Below are positions 39,533-49,242 of a stretch of 64,000 bases of DNA, one piece after another. The stretch's first letter is position 1; the number at the start of each line of letters is the position of its first letter. A program made the position numbers and the translations under genes. Below the pieces are notes generated by a model. The model was given only the letters and a program-made list of their open reading frames with translations, was not told the origin of the DNA and made no database searches. The stretch spans positions 2,336,001 to 2,400,000 of the forward strand of contig OZ242195.1 of the NCBI GenBank assembly GCA_965205975.1, written 5' to 3'. This stretch comes from Candidatus Latescibacterota bacterium (GTDB lineage Bacteria > Latescibacterota > UBA2968).

Positions 39533-40738
39533 TCACGGCCGCATGGGCGACCCATCTGGAGCCCGCGTTTGCGTCCACTGAATAATCTCATCTTCGGGAG
39601 GATATTTTGCAGCGAGATCTTCGTCGATATCAATGCCCAGACCGGGATTGTCATTGGGATACATATAGCCCTCGCGCACCTCGGGCAAACCGGGGAACAT
39701 ATCATAGACGAGATCATTGAAACGGCACCACTCCTGAATACCGAAATTGGGTGCCCACAGGTCCAGATGCAAATTGGCTGCGTGACCAACAGGCGATGTA
39801 TCGCCAGGACCGTGCCACGCTGTGCGCACATTGTACATATTGGCATAAGCAGCGACATTCCGTGCGGGAGTAATACCACCCATCTGGCTGACGTGCATGC
39901 GAATAAAATCAATGAGCCGATCCTGGATAAGGGGCATCCACTCGTGCGGATGATTAAACAGTTCGCCCATCGCCAGGGGCGTGGCGCACTGCGCGCGCAT
40001 GTGGTGAAAATACGCATTGTCTTCTGGCGCGAGAGCATCTTCCAAAAAGAAAAGTTTAAAAGGCTCCACATCTTTGGCAAACTGGATGGCGTCAATCGGG
40101 CGCAAACGCTCGTGAATATCGTGCAAAAGCTCAATTTCAGGCCCGATCTCTGCACGCACATGCTCAATCATATCGCACATGCGACGGCAATACTCTCGCG
40201 GATGATAATAAGCACCATCGGGCGCACCATCGGGTTTTTGAATACTCTCCGACTGCCCTCCATATCCCCCCATCTGCACGCGGATATGGCGATAGCCCTG
40301 TGCCATATAATGACGCACGCTATCCACCACTTCGTATTTGTCGCGCCCACTGGCATGAGCATACGTATCTGCCGCCTCTCGACACTTCCCACCCAGAAGT
40401 TGATACACAGGCATACCCGCGCGTTTGCCCTTAATATCCCACAACGCCTGATCCACCCCCGATATGGCATTATTGAGCACAGGACCATTGCGCCAGTACC
40501 CATTGACCATGCTCATCTGCCAGATTTCCTCAATGCGATCCACATCGCGTCCAATAACAAAAGGCTTGAGATGTTTTTCAATCGCCGTACGCACCGCGTG
40601 AAATCGCTGCGTAAATGTCGCGCACCCCAACCCGTAAAGACCTGGTTCCGACGTGATAACCTTGACAATAACGAGCCGCGAACCCGAGGGCTGCGTCACA
40701 ATGGTTTTGATGTCTTCGATTGTTACAATTTTTGGCAT
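39533..40738 (-). CDS. Enolase-superfamily sugar-acid dehydratase (RspA/ManD-like)
   Basis: YWRNGPV, ALWDIKGK, LHDIHER, FFLED, MGE, WHGP. Confidence 0.9.
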   Translation of the reverse strand: MPKIVTIEDIKTIVTQPSGSRLVIVKVITSEPGLYGLGCATFTQRFHAVRTAIEKHLKPFVIGRDVDRIEEIWQMSMVNGYWRNGPVLNNAISGVDQALWDIKGKRAGMPVYQLLGGKCREAADTYAHASGRDKYEVVDSVRHYMAQGYRHIRVQMGGYGGQSESIQKPDGAPDGAYYHPREYCRRMCDMIEHVRAEIGPEIELLHDIHERLRPIDAIQFAKDVEPFKLFFLEDALAPEDNAYFHHMRAQCATPLAMGELFNHPHEWMPLIQDRLIDFIRMHVSQMGGITPARNVAAYANMYNVRTAWHGPGDTSPVGHAANLHLDLWAPNFGIQEWCRFNDLVYDMFPGLPEVREGYMYPNDNPGLGIDIDEDLAAKYPPEDEIIQWTQTRAPDGSPMRP

Positions 40739-40776
40739 ATCTACTCCGTTTAGACAACTCTATCTTAGAGTAATTG

Positions 40777-40811
40777 AAAAAATAAAAGGCTGTGATTTAA
40801 ACCACAGCCTT
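40777..40811 (-). terminator. Intrinsic terminator of the DUF4258/DUF2283 pair
   Basis: AAGGCTGTG/CACAGCCTT stem with T-rich tail on the minus strand, overlapping the stop codon. Confidence 0.65.
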
Positions 40812-41036
40812 CTGTGTATTTGAGAATCCCCCAACCTCAACAGATACGGCATCAAACCGCTCATCGCCTGGGCGGTAAGATAGCAATTCCATGCCAATGG
40901 GCTGCCCGCTCGTTTCATCTTTAATGATGATAATGCCATCGCCAATTTCCGTACACAGTTGATTTTTGCGAGGTGACTGCCAGTAAATCGTCAGCAATTC
41001 GGCCTCAGCCTCATAGAATACTTTAACCTGGGCCAT
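40797..41036 (-). CDS. DUF2283-like putative antitoxin
   Basis: MAQVKVFYEAEAELLTIYW...IIIKD...GQPIGME; GGAGG RBS. Confidence 0.75.
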   Translation of the reverse strand: MAQVKVFYEAEAELLTIYWQSPRKNQLCTEIGDGIIIIKDETSGQPIGMELLSYRPGDERFDAVSVEVGGFSNTQKAVV

Positions 41037-41334
41037 ACACGCGCCTCCCTTCTTTGATTGCATCCGTTCTGTAAGCCGTAATGATAAAGCCTTCTCCATT
41101 TAGACGACGTACAACAACAACCGTCCAATACTTTTCTTTTTTGCCATAAAATAGCAAAATGTTTTCATCTCTACTGCTTGTGCGTACTTCAATCGGGGTT
41201 CTCAATGTACTTTTTATCTTATCAAGCCTGTCCGCAATATCGGGATGTTTTGAGACAATTTTTTGCCAATATCCGCGATTTGTGCGAACTGTAAATCCCA
41301 GTGGTGTTAAAATATTAAGAAGCAGGTCATTCAT
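41023..41334 (-). CDS. DUF4258/RelE-like putative toxin
   Basis: WQKIVSKHP...P.EVRTS...LLFY...GFIITAYRTD. Confidence 0.7.
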   Translation of the reverse strand: MNDLLLNILTPLGFTVRTNRGYWQKIVSKHPDIADRLDKIKSTLRTPIEVRTSSRDENILLFYGKKEKYWTVVVVRRLNGEGFIITAYRTDAIKEGRRVYGPG

Positions 41335-41430
41335 AAAATATAACGGGTTAGAGAAATAGTGTCAGCCGATAATGATGTTATAGCAACCGCTCTTTTTGAC
41401 GATAAACGATATGGTGTTCAATAGCTATCC

Positions 41431-42471
41431 CTAAAGCCCCTCAGGCAACGCGAGATCAAAGCGCTGCGCGGCTTCGCGGAGTTTTTCCGCCGTACCCGCC
41501 GGAATGGGAATACCATCGACAGAGCGTTGGGCAAGCGTGCGATTTTCGGGCTCGCCAGGCATGAGAACATCGTCAAAGCCATCTGCTCTGGGCAGTGCTT
41601 TGAGTTCATCGATCAAATTATCGACGTGATTTTTATAATCATCCAGATCAACAAAAAAGGAAATATCAATCGCAGCGACAATGCCGTTTTGCTTTTTCAA
41701 ACTCTCGCCCCCGCGCAATACGGGAACGAGCAGAGGATTATCGACCATCAAACTGGACAAACACTGAAAAATAAGGGCAAGACCCGATCCCTTGGGGCCA
41801 CCTGCCGGACGCAAGATAACCCCCTTACGCGCGTCTATCGTCGGATTGCCCTCGGCATCGAGTGCCCAGTCTTCGCCCAGCGGCACACCCTTATCCTGCG
41901 CGAGCTGAAGTTTGCCCCCCGCTGCCACACTTGTCGCCATATCGAGACTAATGGGATCGCGTTTATTCGCCGGAACCGCAACGGCTATCGGACTATTGTG
42001 TACGCCCGCTGCCTTCGCGCCAAAAGGGGTCATATTGGGCGGACTACAAACAATGGCAATCCCGGCAAAGCCCTCCTGTGCCGCCATCAAAGAATAATAA
42101 GCCATCGCACCCTGATGCGTGACATCGCTGAGCAACACCCATCCGATACCCACATTTTTGGCCTTCTCAATGGCTTTTTTCATCGCTGGCACGGTCACCA
42201 CAGGCCCAAGAGCGCGGTCGCACGCGATATGGGCAACCGCTGGCGACTCTTTCACGACGCGAATATTGGGCCGAGGATTCATCGCGCCCGTCTTAATACT
42301 GTTGAGATAGGAAATAATGCGCAAAACCCCGTGAGAATCGACCCCACGCAGATTTGCCCAAATGAGCACTTCTGCTTCTATGGCGGCATCTTCGGGCGGC
42401 ATACCCGCGTGTTCAAAAACGGATTGGATAAACGGTTCGAGGTGTTCTGCGCGAACGCGAATGTCCGACAT
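41431..42471 (-). CDS. Ldh_2 family (malate/L-lactate/sulfolactate/ureidoglycolate-type) dehydrogenase
   Basis: ANLRGVDSHG, LDMATS, GPKGSGL, MPGE. Confidence 0.92.
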   Translation of the reverse strand: MSDIRVRAEHLEPFIQSVFEHAGMPPEDAAIEAEVLIWANLRGVDSHGVLRIISYLNSIKTGAMNPRPNIRVVKESPAVAHIACDRALGPVVTVPAMKKAIEKAKNVGIGWVLLSDVTHQGAMAYYSLMAAQEGFAGIAIVCSPPNMTPFGAKAAGVHNSPIAVAVPANKRDPISLDMATSVAAGGKLQLAQDKGVPLGEDWALDAEGNPTIDARKGVILRPAGGPKGSGLALIFQCLSSLMVDNPLLVPVLRGGESLKKQNGIVAAIDISFFVDLDDYKNHVDNLIDELKALPRADGFDDVLMPGEPENRTLAQRSVDGIPIPAGTAEKLREAAQRFDLALPEGL

Positions 42472-42502
42472 GGCAATCCTTTCTAATAGGCTTCAAGAGA
42501 CC

Positions 42503-42531
42503 TTGACTTTGAATTTTTTTTCCGCTATGCT
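42503..42531 (+). promoter_or_regulatory. Sigma70-like promoter for the 42615-50382 gene run
   Basis: TTGACT-N17-TATGCT. Confidence 0.55.
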
Positions 42532-42614
42532 GTCTGACAAATTAGTTTCGCGTTTTCGAAGCGTCAAGATAATAAATTCCAACGGCCAAAAAGAAAACAA
42601 CTTCTGGAGGGCTT

Positions 42615-44174
42615 ATGAAACAGAGCTTTGAACATTATCGAACATTGCGAAAAGAGATGGATGCGTGGTTAGATCAGAGCCGCAGTATGGACCCGCCGAG
42701 CAGACATGGCGGAGGCGAAGATGAAGCGAACTATTCGCTGGCTTGGTTCCCCCACTATCTCATCACGGGAAATGACAGGGTGAGAGAGCACTTTGAACAC
42801 CTGCGCGATATGCTCGCCGGATGGGTGGAACGGGATTGCCTGCACGGTTATGAACCCGAAGCCGAAGCCCATCACGGAACCGAACCCTTTCTGCTCTTTT
42901 TGCCGCGTTACCTGGGACTATTTCCCGAAGACGAAAAAGCAAACGCACTCCTGCAAGACGCAGCAGAACACATCGGCAACTGGGTTGAAGGCATTCCCGA
43001 ATGGTTTGACTGGGAGCGCAACCGGTTTTACGGATATTATATTGGCACGCGCACAGTCGGGCGAGACGACGGCTATGACGCCGAAATTGCCGAGCATTTC
43101 CGCTTTGTCCACATTGCCCTTGCCGCACACAGAATGACGGGACAAGACCGGTATCTGGACTGGGCTTTGCAATACGGCAAGCGTCGGGCAGAAATGATCG
43201 TCGCCATACCAGATGGTCCCTTGCCCATTGCCTGGGATGCAAACGGACAACCGAGATTTGGCAAGCAAGCAACTGGACAACAAAAAAAGGCGGCACAAGC
43301 CGGGCATCACGTCCCTGGCGATCCGCTCATCGGAGTCGAAGTACTGCTGGCTTCCGGCGTCATATACGCGCTGGGCGATCTATTCGAAGCATCGGGAGAC
43401 GCTGTATTTCACCAGGCGGCGCAACGAATTGCAGAACCGATGGTCAACGAACTGCTGGACCCGTATTCGGATCCCGGCGCAGCGGCGATTTCCCATTTTC
43501 GACGACAATTCTCCGATTCCTCTCTGGATGACGCAATTCGGGCGCAGATCGCGCGTTTTCTCGACATGCAAGAAGGCGAATTGGCCATGGTCTTTCCGCA
43601 GGCGCGCCGCCGCGATTGGCCCGGCGTGGGCAAGCGCGCCGATATGACCTATTGGGGAATATGGAATCGCGATGGCTCCGTAACACCCACAACAGAACCG
43701 AGCACTGCGGCACTAACGCTGGCATATCAGGTGACGGGCGATGAGCACTATGCCGAGCGCGCATTAAAACAAGCAGCAGACAAGCTGACGATGGCGCGTC
43801 GGGTGCTGCGCGGAGGTCGGGAACACGCCGATATGGGTGGCGCAATCTGTTCGACAGCGGCCGGACACGGACGCAACTGGGGCATTGGATCCGTGACCGG
43901 ATGTTACGGCCCATTGCTTTTGGGCACGCGAGAAGTAAAAAGCAAAGTAACGCCAACAATCGAAGTAAAACACGCCAATGGCGAGCGCGGTGTCCCCAAT
44001 CAAATCCTTCCACTCGTGATCCATTCCGGAACAGATGTGGATGGCGTGATGTTTTACAATGGCGGCGATTCAGACATCTCATTCTCGTGGCGATTTGAAG
44101 ACAACGGATGGCAGATTCTCACAGTAGAAGCCGACGAAGTTGTCAATGTGGAGTTGACAGGAGTCATGGCATGA
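42615..44174 (+). CDS. Hypothetical protein, probably alpha/alpha-toroid (glycosidase/epimerase-like)
   Basis: Recurrent helix-hairpin motifs (HYLITGNDR, HRMTGQDRYLDWA, FEASGDAVFHQAA, YQVTGDEHYAERA); GGAGG RBS. Confidence 0.65.
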   Translation: MKQSFEHYRTLRKEMDAWLDQSRSMDPPSRHGGGEDEANYSLAWFPHYLITGNDRVREHFEHLRDMLAGWVERDCLHGYEPEAEAHHGTEPFLLFLPRYLGLFPEDEKANALLQDAAEHIGNWVEGIPEWFDWERNRFYGYYIGTRTVGRDDGYDAEIAEHFRFVHIALAAHRMTGQDRYLDWALQYGKRRAEMIVAIPDGPLPIAWDANGQPRFGKQATGQQKKAAQAGHHVPGDPLIGVEVLLASGVIYALGDLFEASGDAVFHQAAQRIAEPMVNELLDPYSDPGAAAISHFRRQFSDSSLDDAIRAQIARFLDMQEGELAMVFPQARRRDWPGVGKRADMTYWGIWNRDGSVTPTTEPSTAALTLAYQVTGDEHYAERALKQAADKLTMARRVLRGGREHADMGGAICSTAAGHGRNWGIGSVTGCYGPLLLGTREVKSKVTPTIEVKHANGERGVPNQILPLVIHSGTDVDGVMFYNGGDSDISFSWRFEDNGWQILTVEADEVVNVELTGVMA

Positions 44175-45148
44175 AATATCGCACACTGGGAGAGACCGGC
44201 CTCGAAGTGTCGGAAATCGGATTGGGCGCCTTTCCCATCTCGGGAAGACAACAGCGAGCAGATGGAAGCATTGAAGTCTGGTCGGGCACAAGCGATGCGG
44301 AATCCATCGCGCTGATCCATCGGTGTGAAGAACTCGGTGTAAATCTAATCGATTCTGCGGAAGGCTATGGCGACGGACACAGCGAAGAACTCGTCGGACA
44401 AGCCTTACAGGGACGGCGAGACAAATGGATCATTGCGACCAAAGTGCAGCCAAACCGGGACATCGACCAGAACGATGAAAAATCGGTACACAACCGGATT
44501 GTAGAAGCATGCGAAAATAGCTTAAAACGCATGCAAACGGATTTTATCGACATTTATCAACTGCACGCGATCCCGCACGAATGGGCCATGCCCGCCGTCA
44601 TGAAAACCCTCGAAAAATTGCAACGAGAAGGCAAAATCAGGTGGTACGGTATCTCGACCAACAACCGGGAAGCCATCGACAAACTGCGGGCATTGGGCCC
44701 CATCCACATCTTGCAGATCGGATACAATTTGTTAGAACGCAGTGCCGACGAATTACTGCACTGGTCAAAAGAGCAAAAAATAGGCACACTCATCCGCGTA
44801 CCCCTTGCAAAGGGCCAATTGACCGGAAAATACTTTGGACAGAATGCCGAGCAAATACCGCAAAACGATTTGCGATACGAGCGGTTTCAGCGTCCCGAAG
44901 TACAAGAGGGATTAAAAAAATTGCCCGAACTTTTGTTTTTGCAAACAGCGCAGCGAACCATGGCACAGGCGGCTCTGCGATTTGTCTTAGATCACCCCGG
45001 CGTATCCTGCGTCATTGCCGGCGCAAAAAATCGACAACAAGCTGAAGACAACACAGCAGTGTCAGACATGCCACCGCTCACACACGAAGAACTATCTCGC
45101 GCCCTTCCCATCGCAGATGTGATTGGCACAGCGGGATGGATTGGGTGA
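44171..45148 (+). CDS. Aldo/keto reductase
   Basis: MKYRTLGETGLEVSEIGLG, IDSAEGYG, IATK, SLKRMQTDFIDIYQLH. Confidence 0.93.
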   Translation: MKYRTLGETGLEVSEIGLGAFPISGRQQRADGSIEVWSGTSDAESIALIHRCEELGVNLIDSAEGYGDGHSEELVGQALQGRRDKWIIATKVQPNRDIDQNDEKSVHNRIVEACENSLKRMQTDFIDIYQLHAIPHEWAMPAVMKTLEKLQREGKIRWYGISTNNREAIDKLRALGPIHILQIGYNLLERSADELLHWSKEQKIGTLIRVPLAKGQLTGKYFGQNAEQIPQNDLRYERFQRPEVQEGLKKLPELLFLQTAQRTMAQAALRFVLDHPGVSCVIAGAKNRQQAEDNTAVSDMPPLTHEELSRALPIADVIGTAGWIG

Positions 45149-45163
45149 ATCAGGAGGATTATC

Positions 45164-46303
45164 ATGAAAATCACCGCATTAAAAACATTCGTCGTTCCCA
45201 AAACGGGAAATTTTTTCGTCAAAGTCGAAACAGACGAAGGCATTTACGGCCTAGGAGAAGCGGGCTTAAAGCGTCGCGGAACCGCGATTGCCGAAGTAAT
45301 CCGCTCGTTTTCCCCAGACGTCATCGGACAAGACCCCTTTCGGATTGAACACCTGTGGCAAGTCATGTTTCGCGGCGGATTTTTCCCGGGCGGCGTGGTA
45401 CAGTCATCGGCAGTGAGTGCTGTTGACATTGCGCTCTGGGATATCAAAGGCAAAGCCCTGGGCGTACCCGTCTATGAACTCCTGGGCGGCAGAACCCGCG
45501 ACAAAGTGGCGTGTTATCCGCATATTGGCGAACGGGACAATATCGACCGCCTGGTCGCAAATTGTGTGCAACGACAGGAAGAAGGCTGGAAATTTGCCCG
45601 ATGGGGCATGAGCGATCCCACAGACCCCAATGTATTTGAACCTTCGCGCGCCGTGCGTTATGGCATTGAACAGGTAAAAGCCGTGCGCGAAGCATGTGGC
45701 GATGAATTCGAAATCTGCGTCGATGTACACACGCGACTGGACCCCGCCTGGGTCATCGCATATTGCAAAGGCGTGGAACCCTATCGCCCATTTTTTATCG
45801 AAGACCCATTGCGAAGTGAAAGCACACAGAGCCTGCGCCTCGTGCGACAAAACACGCATCTGCCCTTAGCCATTGGCGAACAATTCGATAGCAAGTGGAA
45901 ATTTCAGCAGGTAATCGAAGAAGATCTAATGGACTATTGCCGCGTTGACCTCTGCATTGCAGGCGGTTTGACCGAAGCCAAAAAAATCGCGGGCTGGTGC
46001 GAGACACATTATATTCACCTGGCCCCCCACAATCCACTGGGACCCGTATCAACAGCAGCCTGCTTGCACCTGTGTTTATCCTCTTCTCTCGTCGGCGTAC
46101 AGGAATTGCCCAGACCTCCCATGACCACCTTGACAGACGTATTCCCCAAACAAATGCCCTACGCCAACGGCCATCTGCTCGTCCCCGAAGGACCGGGATT
46201 GGGCATTGAATTTAACGAAGACGCGATTGCAGACGCATCTCCTCCTGAACCATCTACAGGCTCGGGGTTCCGCCGTGAAGACGGATCGTACACAAATTGG
46301 TAA
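45164..46303 (+). CDS. Galactonate dehydratase-like enolase-superfamily enzyme
   Basis: ALWDIKGK, DVHTR, FIEDP, IGE, APHNPLGP. Confidence 0.88.
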   Translation: MKITALKTFVVPKTGNFFVKVETDEGIYGLGEAGLKRRGTAIAEVIRSFSPDVIGQDPFRIEHLWQVMFRGGFFPGGVVQSSAVSAVDIALWDIKGKALGVPVYELLGGRTRDKVACYPHIGERDNIDRLVANCVQRQEEGWKFARWGMSDPTDPNVFEPSRAVRYGIEQVKAVREACGDEFEICVDVHTRLDPAWVIAYCKGVEPYRPFFIEDPLRSESTQSLRLVRQNTHLPLAIGEQFDSKWKFQQVIEEDLMDYCRVDLCIAGGLTEAKKIAGWCETHYIHLAPHNPLGPVSTAACLHLCLSSSLVGVQELPRPPMTTLTDVFPKQMPYANGHLLVPEGPGLGIEFNEDAIADASPPEPSTGSGFRREDGSYTNW

Positions 46304-46317
46304 AAGGAGCATTACAG

Positions 46318-47100
46318 ATGCGGAAACAACAACACCCCGGCCTGCTCGCACTGATCGCTTGCATCCTCCTGCTGCCAGCCGAGGGAATCGCCCAAACCTC
46401 ATTCCAATTTCAATATGGCAAACTCACAAACCCGTTTTCCGGGGCCTCGGAATACACCACGATCCTCACCGTACAACAGGCAGCGCAGTGGCGATATGGA
46501 GACAGTTTCTTTTTCATTGATTTTCTGGACGATGGCCTTCAGGACGGCTTCAACGACAAAAGTATCTACGGAGAATGGTATCCAACCCTCAGCATTGGCA
46601 AACTGACGGACACAGAATTCAACCTCGGTCCCATCAGAGATATTTCCATAATCGCAGGATTCAATGTCGATTCCGATGCCAATGTCCTCAAATACCTGCC
46701 CGGCGTCCGGGCATCGTGGAACATACCGGGCTTCTTCTTTGTCAACACCGACCTGACCGCCCTGATCGACGCCAGCAGTGGCACAGCGCACGGCGGTGCG
46801 CCCACAACGAGCAACAGCTTTTTATTCGACATCAATTGGGGGGCTGCCTTTGGAACCGGCGGTCAGTCCTTCGGATTCTTCGGTCACGCGGAATACGTCG
46901 GCTCCCAGACCAACGAATTTGGCAGCGAAGTCAAAGGCTGGATCCTCGCGCAACCACAACTCACTTGGGACTTGAGCAAGGCAATAAACGGCGAGGGCAA
47001 CACGCTCTTTGTCGGCATCGAATACCAGTACTGGTGGAACAAACTCGGCACCACCGCCACCGACAACGTCGTGCAATTACTGGTCGTATGGCAACTCTGA
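46318..47100 (+). CDS. Tsx/DUF5020-like outer-membrane nucleoside channel
   Basis: Signal peptide; YGDSFFFID, IYGEWYP, QPQL, VGIEYQYWWNKLG. Confidence 0.8.
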   Translation: MRKQQHPGLLALIACILLLPAEGIAQTSFQFQYGKLTNPFSGASEYTTILTVQQAAQWRYGDSFFFIDFLDDGLQDGFNDKSIYGEWYPTLSIGKLTDTEFNLGPIRDISIIAGFNVDSDANVLKYLPGVRASWNIPGFFFVNTDLTALIDASSGTAHGGAPTTSNSFLFDINWGAAFGTGGQSFGFFGHAEYVGSQTNEFGSEVKGWILAQPQLTWDLSKAINGEGNTLFVGIEYQYWWNKLGTTATDNVVQLLVVWQL

Positions 47101-47125
47101 TTTCTTCAAAAAAAGGAATTTCACC

Positions 47126-48382
47126 ATGAAAGTACGGATCGGCATCATCGGGTGTGCGCGAATACTAAACGCCCATTTGCGCGGCTATAAAATTTTACAG
47201 GAAAACGGTTTTGGCGATCTCTTTCAGATCACAGCTTTGTGCGCACGCAAAGAAGAAGACGCCCACCGCTTCCGCAAGCGAGGCGAGGGCCCCGGTCCCC
47301 GCCCAGCACCTGTAGATGCGCCGGGCGATCCGCTCAATGCGCCGCATTCGTTTATCAGTGACCTGCATCCCGATAGCGACACCGAAGTGTACACCAATTA
47401 CAACGAAATGCTGGATAAAGGCAAAATCGACGCAGTGATCATCTTGACCGGACACGACAACCACCACAGCATCGCCATCGACGCCATGAGAGCAGGCAAA
47501 CACGTCTCGGTCGAAAAACCTATGGCGATCTCGGTCAAAGCAGCCCAGCGAATGTGCGAAGTCGCCGACGAAACCGGACAAATTTTGAGCATCGACGAAA
47601 ATGTGAATTTCAATCCCTCTACCTGGGCCAGCCAATGGGCCGTAGAAAAGGGTCTCATTGGCGATGTACAAATGCTCTATCGCGGCGTCATTGGATTTCG
47701 CAATTCGCGTCCAGACCTCGTGGCTGCGCGAACGCCCTGGCGTCAGAGCAAACTGGGCGCAGGTGGAGGCGTTGCCATCGATCTGGGCGTCCACCTTTTT
47801 AACGGCGTCCGCACAATTTGTGGACCCGTAAAATCGGTACAAGCCCTGTGGCGCACGCTCGAGCCTGTGCGCGTCTTAATGTCCGACGACGATCGCGCCG
47901 TAGTCGATCAAATCGAAAACCAGGTGGATGATGCTTTTTTTGCCAACTTTGAATTTGAAAACGGCGGCATCGGACACATGGCCGTCTCGAGAAGTGCGAG
48001 GGGAACACAGATCGGCGTACCGGGTGGCACGAATATTTGGGGCAGTAAAGGGGCAATTTCAGACGGACAACTATTTAGCGAAGACGGTACATCGGAAAAT
48101 GTGGAAGACCGATTTCAACGCGAAGCCGATCCATCGCGCATATCCGAAGTCATGCCGCGCGGAATCACCGACGCATTTGCGCTTGAAAACCTGAACTGGT
48201 TGCAAGCCATCGCAAACGGCAAACCCGTCCAGATGAGTGGTGAAGAAGGCACTATTGATCTGGCATTAAGCTATGCGATTCTCGAATCGGGTTTGCTCGG
48301 ACGCGCCGTCACCTTAGACGAAATGTTAAAAGGTGAAGTGGATGAGTATCAGAAAGAAATCAACGACTATTACGGATTATAA
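47126..48382 (+). CDS. Gfo/Idh/MocA family oxidoreductase
   Basis: IGIIGC, GKHVSVEKP, DLGVH. Confidence 0.9.
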   Translation: MKVRIGIIGCARILNAHLRGYKILQENGFGDLFQITALCARKEEDAHRFRKRGEGPGPRPAPVDAPGDPLNAPHSFISDLHPDSDTEVYTNYNEMLDKGKIDAVIILTGHDNHHSIAIDAMRAGKHVSVEKPMAISVKAAQRMCEVADETGQILSIDENVNFNPSTWASQWAVEKGLIGDVQMLYRGVIGFRNSRPDLVAARTPWRQSKLGAGGGVAIDLGVHLFNGVRTICGPVKSVQALWRTLEPVRVLMSDDDRAVVDQIENQVDDAFFANFEFENGGIGHMAVSRSARGTQIGVPGGTNIWGSKGAISDGQLFSEDGTSENVEDRFQREADPSRISEVMPRGITDAFALENLNWLQAIANGKPVQMSGEEGTIDLALSYAILESGLLGRAVTLDEMLKGEVDEYQKEINDYYGL

Positions 48383-48396
48383 TCCTGGAGCACGCG

Positions 48397-49158
48397 ATGG
48401 AAATCTCACCAGAACATCGACAACAATTAGACGAGCAGGGCTATGTGATCATCCCTGATGTACTCTCTGAATCCGAGATAACGCACTATCGGGCACTATT
48501 GTTGCGCCTCGCTGAACAAGAGCGCGGAGACGGCTCGGGACGGGTGCATACCAGTGGCAGAGGCCAGCATGTGCGGTGGCTGGTGAACAAGGGAAAGCCA
48601 TTTGAAAAGCTGGTGGCGCATCCCAAAGTCGTACCCTATTTTGAATATATGCTCGGCGAAGATTATACCCTCAGCACACTCACGTCAAACGTGATTTACC
48701 CGGGCGCCGAAGACAATGCATTTCACGTCGATAATGCGCTTGGCAAAATGCCAGAGCCGCTGCCCTCATTCCCCATGTTTGTCAACACCCTGTGGCTCCT
48801 GAACGATTTTACCCCACAAAACGGAGGCACGCGCTTTGTGCCCGGCAGCCATAGGTTCTTAAAAAAGCCCCCGCCAACAGACCATCCACACGTGCTTTGC
48901 CATCCCGACGAAATGCGGCTCTCAGCCCCAAAAGGCTCGGTATTCTTGTTCAACGGCGCAATATGGCACGCCACAGGATCCAACCGCACAGATGACGCCC
49001 GCGTGTGCTTGATCTGCTTCTGCTGCCGGTCATTTCTAAAGCCGATGTTCGATTTTGTACACCACCTCAAACCCGCAGTGGTGGGTCGAGCCACACCGGA
49101 AATGAAACGCATCTACGGATTTAATTCTCAACCCCAGCCGCCGGATGTACGCGATTAA
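48397..49158 (+). CDS. PhyH family Fe(II)/2OG dioxygenase
   Basis: FHVD, NGGTRFVPGSH, WH. Confidence 0.9.
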   Translation: MEISPEHRQQLDEQGYVIIPDVLSESEITHYRALLLRLAEQERGDGSGRVHTSGRGQHVRWLVNKGKPFEKLVAHPKVVPYFEYMLGEDYTLSTLTSNVIYPGAEDNAFHVDNALGKMPEPLPSFPMFVNTLWLLNDFTPQNGGTRFVPGSHRFLKKPPPTDHPHVLCHPDEMRLSAPKGSVFLFNGAIWHATGSNRTDDARVCLICFCCRSFLKPMFDFVHHLKPAVVGRATPEMKRIYGFNSQPQPPDVRD

Positions 49159-49242
49159 ACCGATCTCACAGGCATCAATCGCGCCCCCGATTCGCCATTG
49201 AATCGGGGATACTTTTAGATAATCCAACAAAAGAGGCAAGCC

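Noticed and set aside
39524..40753. Long antisense ORFs (409 aa here; also 36185-37324, 38067-39101, 41527-42486, 11980-12978, 53015-53908)
   Set aside because: They are shadows of well-supported genes on the opposite strand and show no recognisable motifs.
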